A DNA stretch of 64,000 nucleotides from the NCBI GenBank assembly GCA_002104905.1, contig MCFE01000466.1, positions 6,334 through 70,333 on the forward strand, in the 5' to 3' direction. This DNA comes from Basidiobolus meristosporus CBS 931.73. Taxonomy: Eukaryota; Fungi; Basidiobolomycota. The translations under genes were made by a program, and so were the position numbers. Under the pieces are notes generated by a model. That model did not search any database. It had not been told where the DNA came from and was given only the letters and a program-made list of their open reading frames with translations. Positions 1-11,940 of the stretch are shown in pieces. How positions within the stretch are numbered: position 1 is the stretch's first letter; every line of letters begins with the position of its first letter.

Positions 1-3000
1 TCCAGAGCCTTGTATCAGCCCTACAGTCCAGAACTGAAGATTCAACCTTAAATTGCATATATGGAAGGCTCCTGGATGAAGAGTTAAGGAAATGAAGCGC
101 CAATAAGATAGATGAAGAAGATGCTTTAAAAAGCAATGATAACCAACTTTGGAGGTACCCAAGACCCTACAAAGGCAACAGCAACCTGATTTTCAACTAC
201 TGCAAAAGGAAATGACACACATCAGACCAGTTTCTCAAAAAGAGAGATAATCAGCAAAAGAAGCCTGAATATGGAAATGCTACACCAGCTGAGGATAGAC
301 TATTCATATCTGCACTAAATATGACCACAAACAAGGATTCTCAGATGTTGGACATTGACTCTGGAGCATCTCAACACCTTGCACACCAAAAAGAACTCCA
401 TGCTCAATATCAAGAAATTCCAATTGAGAAGGTTTTCATGGGTGACAATAGTACACTTGATGCAGTAGGAGAAGGAGCTATCCAAGTAAGCCTTAGAAGC
501 AGTGAAGGAAGCCATACACCAACCTTTCAAGAAGTGCTCTATGTACCACAAATAGCCAAGAACCTACTATCTGTAAGCAAGGCCACTGCAAAAGGACTCA
601 GTTTCAGTGTTGGCAATTCTGGATGCAAGATCACAGATCAAAATGGTGTTCATATTGCTTTGGGTATCAGAGATGAGAATCTGAACAAGTTGACTTATAT
701 TCCATCATATTTTGAAGCTAATATAAGTAACTTGAAGGAAGAAACATCAATGCTTTGGCACAGGAGATTTGGGCACATCAATTTTGATTATTTGCGCAAA
801 ATGATCAAAGATCAGCTAATTTCTGGAATAATAATTGATCCCCCAGATAGTTTGGAGCACTGTGAAGCCTGCATACATTGGAAATAAGCCAGATAACTCT
901 TCAAGAGCTCTGGGATAATCAAAACTCAGAAAAAAATTAGTTCTAATTCATTCAGATATGTGTGGACTTATGCCAATTTATCCTTAGGTGAATGAAGTAT
1001 TTGATCTTTTTTATTGATGATTATACAAGATACACGTGGATATACTTCATGGAGAGAAAGAAAGAAGCTCTGTCTAAGCTCAGGGAGCTTAAAGCCATGT
1101 TGGAGAGAGAAACTGGTAAAAATCAAGAAAGCATGCTCTCACAGTGGTGGAGAATATACCTCAAAACCATTCATCAAATTCTGCAAAATTCATGGGATAA
1201 AGCAAGAGACTACTGTACCATACTCCCCACAGCAAAATGAAGTAGTAGAACATGCAAACAGATCAATAATTGACATGGCAAGATCTATAATCCATGATCA
1301 AAAAATACCCTACAATTTTTGGGCAGAATTAGTTGCCACAGCTGTATACCTTAAAAATTGGAGTTATAACCAGATATTTTGTGATTCTAGTCCATTTGAA
1401 GCATAATATGGTTACAGACCATGTGCAGAACATCTAAAAATACTTGGGTGTATAGTAGATGCAAACAAACTGCCCAGAAATCAGTCAAACTTGAGCCAAA
1501 TTATAAAATGCATATTTTTGGAGTACTGCAATAAGAGTAGAGCATACCTACTCTACAATACCATCAAAAAGAAGCTAATCAAGGCCAGGGGTTTGTTGTT
1601 TGATAAAAATTCATAATTTTCACAAAATATGACATCAGATAATGACAAAAATCCAATCTCAGGTCAACAAATTATCAGGATAGAATCAGGGCAAAACAAT
1701 GAAAATTTTTTCACTACAGAGAACTCTACAACCATGGTTCAGCCTGAAGCAGTGCCCAGCAATATTTTAGAAGAGATTATTCCAGTATCAAATGCCTGGA
1801 GATCCAGCCAGAGAAGAAATGGGCCAGATTACTATATCAATGAGGGTACAAATTTAGTCTTTGTCTAATCAGTCCATATTGATGAACCCCACTGTAGAAG
1901 AGGCCCTAAGTAGCCCTCAGACAAAGTTTTGGAGACTTGCAATGACTGAGGAATATCAGGCCCTGATAGAAATTAAACTTAGAAATTAGTCAAATTACTA
2001 GTCAACCAAAAATCAATTGGATGCGGATGGATCTTCAAGACAATATACCAGGTTGATGGTACAATTGAAAGATACAAAGCAAGACTTGTGGCCAAAGGAT
2101 ACTCTCAAACAAAAGGACTTGACTATACTGAGAGCTTTGTACCAGTAGCCAAGTTTAATTCCATCAGATTAATATTGGCTATTGCAGCCAAATATAAGTT
2201 TTTTGATCATCAAATGGATGTAAAAGCTGTGTTTTTGAAGGGAGAACTTGATGAGACTGTGTATATGAATCAGCCTGATGGGTTTGCTGACCAAGATAAC
2301 TCCCATTTAGTCTGCAAGACTAAAAAGTCACTATATGGTCTCAAACAATCACCAAGAGCCTGGAATTGCAAGACAAATTCTTATTTGGAATCTTTGAGTT
2401 TCAAAAGGGGTAATGCTGACTATAGTATATACTAGATGCCAGATAGAGTAAATCCAGCTCTACTAGCTCTATATGTGGATGATTGTATTATAGCTGACAA
2501 TAGCCTAGAAACATTGGAAGAGACTAAATTCAGCCTATCTAAGGAGTCAAGATGTCCAATCAAGGAGAACTCAGTAACTACTTAAGGCTAAAGTTCTCCA
2601 TAGACAGAAGTACTCAGACTACTACCCTAAGCTAATCCAAGTATACTCAAGATAGACTACAGAGGTACAGAAGGAAGACTGTCAACCGGCAGCTACCCCA
2701 AGGGATACAAACCTTGATTTAGTCAAAACCCAACAAATCAAGAGAGCTTGGTGCCATCTGAAAGCCCTGACTTTTCTTATCAATCTATGGCTGGCATTCT
2801 TATGTATATTATTAGTAGAACATGTCCAGATATCTCATATTCAGTGGAAGTTGTCAGCCAACATTATCTGAAATATGGAACTAATCATATTGCATTGTTG
2901 ATTGGATTTTTTTTAGATACCTAAGAGGAACTACTGATATCTGCTTAAGATACACTTATAAGGACTGACAATGGATCTTGTAGGATACTCTGATGCTGTT

Positions 3001-4180
3001 TGGGGATAAAATTTCAAAGACAGATGATCCACCACAAGATACACCTTTCTTGACTGCAAAGGAGCAATTTCATGGATTTCAAGAAAGCAACCAACTGCAG
3101 CACTTTCTATCACAGAGGCAGATTATATGGCAGCCTGTGAACCTAGAAAAGAAGTAATGTGGTTAAGAAAGCTTCTTACAGATTTAGGTCTATGTCAAAA
3201 AATGCCTATTACTTTATTTCAAGATAATCAAGGATGTATACAGTTAGGTAGAGATTCAACTATTTATGCTAGAACTAAGCACATAGATATTTGACATCAT
3301 TTCATATGTGAAGCTGTACAGAGCAACTTAGTTAGCTTAGCTTACTGTCCTTCAGATGAAATGGTTGCAGACACATTTATCAAACCATTGGCTAGAGACA
3401 AATTTGAATATCCTAGGTCAAAATTAGGACTAGTCAGTATGAACATGAAGCTGAGTGGGAGTGTTGTACAAATCTGTAATACCACCTAGATATTCACCTA
3501 CCTTAGTCACTTAGATCAGTATCTTCATATACTAGAGAATACTGACCAAATTCCTTGTTGGGATTTACTTAGAATTTTTTCACCAAAGTACCAGGTACCT
3601 AGAAGATCAATTTCTCAAAGTTGTCTAAACAGCCCCAAGCTTTGCACACATGCTCATGGGACCTTCCTTAACCTATGCTATGTGTATGTTATGGCAAGAC
3701 CATGTTAAAGTATAAACACTACTTTTACATTCAATATATTATTAAGTGAAAACCACATGATATACTTGTCCTCCCAATCACTTCCAATATCACCAGTCAC
3801 AAGTCTTGATACAAGAGTTGTAGAGGAATACGGAGTTTAGCTAGTATTGTATTCACTAAAACCTTAACTGATATTTTTTGAGATTCCAACAGCTCCTTAT
3901 ATACACTTTGCCAGATCAATTGCTGACTAGTTTTATTTCCTAATGTAGGCTGCGGCTGATGACCCAATTGATTGCATCATCATCACCCAATAAGATCCTA
4001 CCCAATATATCTATTTCTGTCTGATAAGGATCTGCTGATTCATTTGCTGACTAATGCTACTGATTGATAGATAATACTGATACACTGATACTCTAAACAT
4101 ATAACTAATTGATTTGACTGAAAACTGATCTAACTTAAACATTCAAGTAGCAGATCATAACATCTAAGACTCTTACAACA
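1..4180 (+). mobile_element. Degenerate Ty1/copia LTR retrotransposon (gag end, protease, integrase, RT, RNase H, 3' LTR)
   Basis: ORF fragments occur in copia order: DSGAS protease and LWHRRFGH GAG-pre-integrase (321-887), integrase FIDD..GGEY..PQQN (992-1406), RT MDVKAVFL/KSLYGLKQSPRAW (2088-2435) and RNase H (TKHIDI region, ~3000-3420). PPT GCTGAGTGGGAG precedes TGTTGT at 3462. The LTR ends CTCTTACAACA at 4180 and is interrupted by another LTR. Many stops and frameshifts. Confidence 0.93.
3795..4162. mobile_element. Solo LTR (family B) inserted into the copia 3' LTR
   Basis: Near-copy of 4388-4756 (CAAGTCTTG.TA.AAGAGTTGTAGAGGAATA ... GCAGATCATAACA). The copia LTR sequence resumes immediately after it. 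Confidence 0.8.
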
Positions 4181-4387
4181 GCCTAGAGCTTTTTGCCACT
4201 GTTTATGCACTGGTTCCCATATGTCCTGGTCTTCAGCTGGCACTGCAGGGTCTACCACCTCATCTACCTGTCTTTGCAATAAATCCTTGCTATATTCTAT
4301 TGCTTTTTCTTGAGCACCACTCTGCAAGAAGTGCTACAACCTAGGTGTGCCTATTAATATTCAAAAACTCCATTGAAAGCATTGTGA

Positions 4388-4756
4388 TGTTACAAGTCTT
4401 GGTATAAGAGTTGTAGAGGAATAGGGAGTTTAGCTAGTATTGTATTCACTAAAACTTGAACTGATTTTTATTGAGGTTCCAGCAGCTCCTTATGTACATT
4501 TTGCAAGATCAATTGCTGAAAAATTGTATTTCCTAATGTAGGTTGTGGCTGATGACTCATTTGATTGCATCATCATCACCCAATAAGATCCTACTTAATA
4601 TATCTATTTCTGTCTGATAAGGATCTGCTAATTCATTTGCTGACTAATGCTACTGATTTCAAAGATAATACTGATATACTGATAACCTAAACATATACTA
4701 ATTGATTTGACTAAAAAACTGATCTAACTTAAACATTCAAGCGGCAGATCATAACA
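4388..4756. mobile_element. Solo LTR (family B) with 4-bp TSD GTGA
   Basis: Termini TGTTA...TAACA; GTGA lies at 4384-4387 and 4757-4760. A short third fragment starts at 11059. Confidence 0.88.
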
Positions 4757-4759
4757 GTG

Positions 4760-5680
4760 ATAACCTTTGAGCTCTTGATGCTGTTACCTTGTCTGTCAGT
4801 GGAATCTCCACTCTGTTAGCAATGAAGGACATGGAGGCTGTGGTTGACAAGTTGCCTTTTTCTGAAGACTCATCTACCTCACTGGAGTGTAGCTCAGATG
4901 GCTGAGCTTCCAATTTTTGTAAAAGTGGCTGCTCTCTGGTTGGCAAATCTTCTTGTCTATGATGGGAATCAGTCTGTTCTGGGCTTATGGCATTAATTTG
5001 CAAGAACTGCAGGTTTTCCTTATGCTTCTCTGTCTCTGAACCTAGGTAGACTTTTTCTCTTTAACTTTTTCTTTTTCACTGCTAGGTTTTTCACTACTAC
5101 TTTGTTGGAGGGCCTTATGCATTGAACTACATTCACTTGTTGCAAGATGCTGCACTGAAGAATCCATTTTGACTGTCTTCTCCCATGCTAGCACTCTACA
5201 GGTAGCCTGACACTGCTTTCCGTGCATGTTTTAGGCTCTCAGCCCAAGTTACAGCAGGCTCCTGAAATAGCTGCTGGTTTTTATCACTGCAAGGTCCTTC
5301 ACTGCTACTTTGCCTGAGTGCTTCTTAAGTGGAACTACACTTTCTCCTTGATAAAGGTTGTGCTGGTGCATCTGTGTCTGCCTGCTTGTCCCCTATTGGT
5401 ACTACTCCAATTACCTGATGTCTCTTTGACATTTCTGTGGAGATTATAGCCTTGTTTATAATGTGCTCTTGAAGAAGCCACTTAATTTTAGCCATTGCAC
5501 CCTTGCTCTCCTGCCTTTGATGGTTTCTGCTATTCATGAGATATTTTTTTAGCATACCAATGCTGGCCCAAATCTCTTTGCTTGTTTGAATCCAGGATAA
5601 TGCTCATGGAACAAGTCAAGCACATTCTGCTTTGTCTTGAGTCCCTGGCAGTCCCATGGTATGCCAGTGTAGTAAGGTTA
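4760..5680 (-). other. Decayed coding remnant, probably TE-derived (gag-like, low complexity)
   Basis: Chain of short Q/S/E/K-rich ORF fragments (4749-5003, 5042-5227, 5325-5555) in CpG-free sequence. No diagnostic motif recognised. Confidence 0.3.
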
Positions 5681-6284
5681 TTGTGACACCCACTGACAGA
5701 TACGCCTATTCCCATATCTTCTTACTTCCCTATTCATCTAATACCCTTATTTTGATTTTATCCCCTATGTCTTAGCTGATCAGTACAATTCCATAAGCCA
5801 GTTGACTATGATACCTGCTAGTTTATTGTATAAGTTATCCCTCACTTTATGTGATATTACTTGTTGTAAGGTCTTCTATATTAGGCAAGTACCTTCACCA
5901 GGACCTGTGAAACAAGATCAAGTTGTGCCACCATCCCTACCATTTTTATAACATATATGGTATCCCTATGTTACTCAGGTCTCAGAATACTAATCCCTGA
6001 TTAGTTGGATGTGCTGTTTCTCATCAAACTCTGTGGCATCTACTTGAAACATTCTTAGCTCATCTGATGTAATTTGAGTTCAATTGATCTCTGGAACCTT
6101 CTGGAGCACCATGATTAGTAATCACTTGGCCAGTGAGAAAATGAATAGGGGAGGAAATCCCTCAACAATATATCATTATGACTTTTATCAATATACCAAC
6201 TTGTTAATTAGTGTGATCACTGCAACCAGCTGTTATCTGAGCTTCCAATCCCAAACCACAGGTCACTTCCAGGAATTCAAGTTC

Positions 6285-6637
6285 TGTGTTAATCAGACTG
6301 AGGAATACAAAAGAGGGGAATAGAACTATATTTACATTCAGCAAAATGGATGCTGAGAGATAATGACCAATACTGATGGGGTTTTGGGGTGAGGCACAGT
6401 AAGTGTGCCAAGATAGAAATATACCAAACTACAGACTATAACATTACACAGGGATTTGCCATGAGTCAGTTGATCATGCAACTAGGTCATGTAACATGCT
6501 ATTTCCATATATGATAATGAGTTACATAAATTCCAGAGAGAAGCTTTCTAATGAATTTTCTAGAAGGAACTAGGATCTCTTCACCAACTTGATTTGGTCA
6601 GATCACAAGAGCTCAAGGATGTCATATGATCATGACA
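6285..6637. mobile_element. Partial LTR (family C)
   Basis: Shares TGTGTT.ATCAGACTGAGGAATAC..., TGGGGTGAGGCACAG and the terminal GATCATGACA with the solo LTR at 17045-17572. Confidence 0.7.
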
Positions 6638-8199
6638 ACACCAGTCTTAAGGTGTTGGCATACTCAACTTCTAATGGTCTCTTGAACATCAGCTTGCTCT
6701 TCATCATTGCACGCAATAACTTCACAGAACTTCAACATCTGTTGACTTATAGGCTTTGGTATAACACTGCAGCTTCACCCTTCCATGCTGTGATAGCTTT
6801 TCCTGTGGGTGTTATCTCTGGACAATGTGGTTATGCTTCAAAGACTGTACAGTGTTCCTCTGCTGTTGGTTTGGGAAATGGCTCAGTTCTTGGCTGACAC
6901 ATTGATCAACTTGATTCCCACTATGCAGCAAGGATACCGCTTTCTCTACCTGGAGTTTTGATTGCTCTACATATGTTATCAGCTCATCCTGTTTCTGGAC
7001 TATTCCCAAAGTTTTCTGGGTCATTGCATTGATCCTATTTGTCACTGCACCTAATTGCCTTATTGATGCTTTGGTATGAGCTGACCACATACTTACTATT
7101 ATGGGTGGTGGTGATTCATGATGGTCACTTGCTGGTTGTCAACTGAAGGTACTGCTTTTTCAACATTCTTCTCTGCCTGAGCACTATGGTCAGCTTGCAA
7201 GTCTGCAGATATTCTCAATTGCCTACTTGACTGAGAGCCCAAGGAGTTTACAGAACTTCCAGAGGGCAATAGAAATCTTGATGGCATCAGAATAACCTAA
7301 GAATGCTCTAAGTATGTGCCAGAAGGTTCCAAAATGTACAATACATCCAGCCAATCCAAAATCAGTATTCTGAGAGCTGTGTAACATAGGGATACCATAA
7401 ATGGTTCCAAAATGGTAGGGATAGCAACACAGATTGGGCATGTGTCTTGGGGACTGGTGCATGCACTTGCCTAATGAAAAGCACATGCTTCTAGTAATTG
7501 TACATGAGGTAGGTGATAACTTATGCAATTAGGTAATCAGGTGTGATAGTCAGCAGGTTTGTGGAATAGTACTCATCAAACAAGTCAAATGGGATAAAAC
7601 TCAAATATGGGTAGAAACAATTAGGGTAGTAGAAAATATGTGAATGAGCACATCTGTTGGTGGGTGTTGCTGTGACCCCCACTACAACATGGTGCCACAG
7701 CTCTATTTATTATGCTAACTATGGCACGCCATAACTGCATCTTATATTCATGTGGGTGCAATATCTCAAATACAGGACTATCTTAAACTGACATGAGTAT
7801 TCACAGGAAAACTGATATAAGAGAGTTACATTGTTGAGTGTCAAATTGACTGCCCCATGGACAAGACTACTTTTATTTGATGCCATAGGAGAAGAGAAAA
7901 AGACCATGTGGCTATTGTAGCAAGCCTCTCGGCCATTCAGCATATGGCTGCACAGAAAATATTACAAGGATCACAGCCAGTATTTTGCAATACAAGTCAT
8001 ATCTGACAGCTCATCAGCTAGTACTGTACTAACAATATCTTGCCAGCCAGTTAATACTCCTCTAATGGGACTTGGCCATATGCATTACCTTGCTCAAACT
8101 GAGCCAGGTGAGTTTGTGATGCCTTTAGGCTCATACCAGCCTTCTGAATATGGCGCACAGAGTGATAGCTCTGAAGAAGCAGGCTCACTGATGGATTGT

Positions 8200-9480
8200 G
8201 AGCCTATCTCCCCTAACAATAGTACCCTGCATGAGCCTGGCAAAATCCTAATATTTGATGAGAAAACACCTATGAAAAAGAATGCTCAGGACACTTTATG
8301 GAGTCAAGTGAGCCCAGTTATCCATCTACTAGTGAGTGATGTGATGTTATAGCTAGAAAAGTGTTGCATTCCCACTAAATTTAGTAATGTGGACTTTGAG
8401 GATATACTGCTACTACTTGCCAAAAGTATCTTGGGATGCAACTTACCATGTATATGGTATAAATGAACAACCATCATATGGCTGGCAATATATGACCAAG
8501 AGACCATCCTGATACACGCATGTGTTAACAGCTGCATGGTATTCACATCAGAAAATGCTGCCATTATAGGGTGCCCAACATGTCAGGAATCCTCCACTGT
8601 TGGGGGCAAGCATTGATCACACTATGGATATATCCCAGTAATACCCCATCCAAGGAAGCTCATGCAGTCCAGCAAATATTGCAAAGCTATAAAGTACTGC
8701 ACACAGTATCAATCAGGTGCAAGTATATTCAACATATTTGATGACTAACATCACAAACAGCTGGCAAGCAAGGGCTACTTTGATGATTTGTATCACCATC
8801 CCTTTGCGTTGGCACTCAATGGATTCCCACTAAACAAGTACTCTATCCGCTAATCCTGCTGGCCACTGACTCTCATCAACCTGAATCAGCTGCCTATCTT
8901 ATGGTATCAGAGCCAATATTTAATGGTTGTCTCATTGGTATTGGGACCTAAATCTCCATCTAGCCTGAACAGCTACCTGTATCCATTACTGGATGAATTT
9001 TGTATGCTTTCCAGTGGGATAACAGTAATGTCCATCATGTCAAGGTGCCAATATTTGTCTGCATTGGAGATACCTTAGCCATCAGTAAGATATCCAGCTT
9101 CTCTGGATACAATGGATGATATTGCTGGTGAATGTGTAAGATCTAGTGGATTTACAGTATAACTCACACACTGAATTACAATCCAAACACCAACACTAAC
9201 CAGAATGTTTTACAATCAGCAAGTATTTTACCATCAAATCCTGCTGGCCACCATCACAAGAGCAATACAATTGCTTTTCAGCAATAATTGTATGCTGATG
9301 AGCAAGTTTTACATGGGGCATTTCAAGCTAAGTGAGCCCTTTGAGATATTAGAGATACTTGAAGGAATTGGCAAGATATTACAGAGTATCTGCTGCCCTA
9401 AGTACGTCTTACAGACTCCAATCAACATTTGTATGCATATGAAGCAACACAAGTGCAAGGACTGGAAGAACTGTATATAT
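8200..9480 (+). mobile_element. CACTA/En-Spm (tnp2, Transposase_21-like) transposase remnant
   Basis: Conceptual translation gives HACVNSCMVF..CPTC and LALNGFP..YS..SCWPLTLINLNQLP..LVLGPKSPSSLNSYLYPLLDEF, matching tnp2-family motifs. Riddled with stops. Confidence 0.75.
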
Positions 9481-9486
9481 GTTTAT

Positions 9487-10374
9487 TCTGTTGCAATTTA
9501 AGAAGTGATTTGAATATAAGGAACTTATCAAGAAATAGTGAGAATAGTTGAAGAAGCTCAGTATTTATACCTTTGTAGAAGTAAAACAGCTGTAACACGG
9601 GAATAATCATAGGATCATAGATCTGAAGAAAGTGGCAAAGTTAGAGCTGCAAATTAGTCCCACAGTGACCAAGACTAGTCCAAAATTGTTAAGTAAATTT
9701 TCAGCTGCAGAATGATACCAAATAGTTCAATATTTCAACAGCATTGTGGCCTGGAACTGTGCAGCCATTGCAGAAATCTCAAATTTTGTGTGAATGCTAT
9801 TTAAGGCCTCTTTTATGTGTAGGAGAACACTCATAAGGACTGAATTAGAATAGACCATGTTTGAACACTCATAGGGACTGAATTAGAATAGACCATGTTT
9901 GAACACTCATAGGGACTGAATTAGAATAGACCATGTTTGAACACTCATTGATACGCAAATCTGCACTATTTCAAATATGGCTGATTCTCCTGAATGTTGA
10001 TACTACTGAAATATCAAGCTATTTGGCATCATTCAGCAGCTAAATTTACTCAACAGATCTAGGCTAGTCTTGGTCACTGTAAGACTGAATTGCAGCCCCA
10101 ACTTTGCCAGTTTCTTCACAAATATGATCCAATGATTACTCCCCTATAGTTAAGATCAAATTAAACACTTTTTTGCAAACATTATGTACTAACTCTGAAA
10201 CTGTGACAGAATGCTCTTGAATGTCAAGAAACCCTCCTTACTTAGTGTTACAGCTGTATTACTTCTACAAAGGTATGAATACTGATTCTCTTTATGAATA
10301 AACAACAGCTCAACTATTATCACTATATCATGATATGTTCTGTATATCCAAATCACTTCTTAAATTGCAACAGA
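9487..10374. mobile_element. Foldback element with ~290-bp inverted arms
   Basis: ~9487-9770 is the reverse complement of ~9975-10374 (e.g. AAGTGGCAAAGTTAGAGCTGCAAATTAGTCCCACAGTGACCAAGACTAGTC versus GGCTAGTCTTGGTCACTGTAAGACTGAATTGCAGCCCCAACTTTGCCAG). The right arm carries a ~100-bp insertion. Confidence 0.75.
9825..9948. repeat. Tandem repeat, 38-bp unit x ~3.3
   Basis: GAACACTCATAGGGACTGAATTAGAATAGACCATGTTT repeated head-to-tail with no spacers. Confidence 0.95.
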
Positions 10375-11940
10375 CACTAGAATGCATAGTCAAGGGAAGT
10401 TCTTGAGCATTGATTCAAGCTAAATCATGGCATGTAGGCCTGTGAAGTGAGGACCTACTTACTGGTAGGCTCCAATTCAATCTGCATTATTGGCAGACTT
10501 GAGCTTGACTTCTGTTGGCTTTGGATGTCTTTATTTGTAAAGTACCTAGACTTGATCAAGTACTTTGCTTTGATGTTTCGGATTTTGTATTTCTTGTACA
10601 CATTGTACAGCAGAAATGTGTGTGTTTTGCACCTTTGGTCCAGATTCTGACTGACTGGTGAGTTACCTCTAGGCATCAGCTGTGCATTCAAGCATTTTCA
10701 AGTGCTCTGTATATGAGCTTTATCCACACCAAGCAGCAAACAGAGTCTAACCACAAAATACCCTGCTATAGCCCCTATAGTGGCACTGTACAGCTACAGA
10801 AACTTGATTGGCGCAAAAATAGTATCATGATTTGTGAACATATATTTTTCTTACCACATGAAGGCTGGATGTATTTCCACAACCTTACACTCCCTTTTCC
10901 GGTTGAGAGAATGGTACAGTAGTGTGTTGCTCTATCCCTTTGTTTATGAGGCAATGGATGAAGAGTTAGGAGATATATTCTCCAGCTCTTTCAGTGTATA
11001 ATATATTGATTTCTCAGCAGCTTCTATCCCAGTCAAAACTTTTAACTCCCAAAGCTTGTGTTACAAGTGTTGGTATAAGAATTGAAGAGGAAATAATTTA
11101 GCTTCAAAGACCCCAGGTGCAGCTTGGCTACTGGTTTAGGGATGCTGCTGAAGTGCAAATGCATTGCACCCAATGAAAAGCTTTTACTCTTACAGATTCC
11201 CTCTATTGAATCTTCTCCAGTGGTTTGTCAGCTTGGTGGCATTTGCCTGCTGACTTCTGTATATTTTCTTGGTTTGGATGATGATATACTTTGTGTTTGG
11301 ATTTGGAATATGATAACTCGTGTAAGCCACAGAGAAGATACCTTTGATTGCGTACATTCACAGCAATGTTGTTCATTTTGCCCCAAAATACTAGTTGTCC
11401 TGCTTACGGCCAGGGTTTTTCTAAACAGTTATTAATATATTCTTTGACATGATTGCCAAATATTAGTATCCTGCCAGTTAGCATACAAAATTCATGTAGC
11501 AATGAATAAAGGTTGGTATGTAAGTCAGATAGTTATTCAGGCACTGATATCAATGAGACTATTATCAACTTGTGCTCTGGTGCTGTAACATGGAATGCAG
11601 ATTTAGGTTGATGAGGATCAGTGGCCTGCCAGATTTACTGGTTGAGTATTTGTTCCATGAGAGTCCAGCCAATACCAGGGTAAAAGCTTGGTTGTATGTC
11701 CTTTCAAGGTAGCCCTTGTTTGTGAGTTGCTTTTGATATCAGCCATTAAATATATAGAAAATTTCTCAGCTTCACAATAATTGTGGACTGCACAAGCTTC
11801 TTTAGATGGGCTACTAATGGAATATATCCGGAGTGTGAAGTCAACATCAAAAGAAAATATTTCTATAACAAAAAAGCTGCCATTGAACATAAATCTTTCT
11901 TTAACCAAGGAGCCAACTTGGTCTGTATCCATGCCATGCT

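Noticed and set aside
9825-9948. 38-bp repeats as a CRISPR array
   Set aside because: The units are contiguous with no spacers, there are no cas genes, and the context is eukaryotic.
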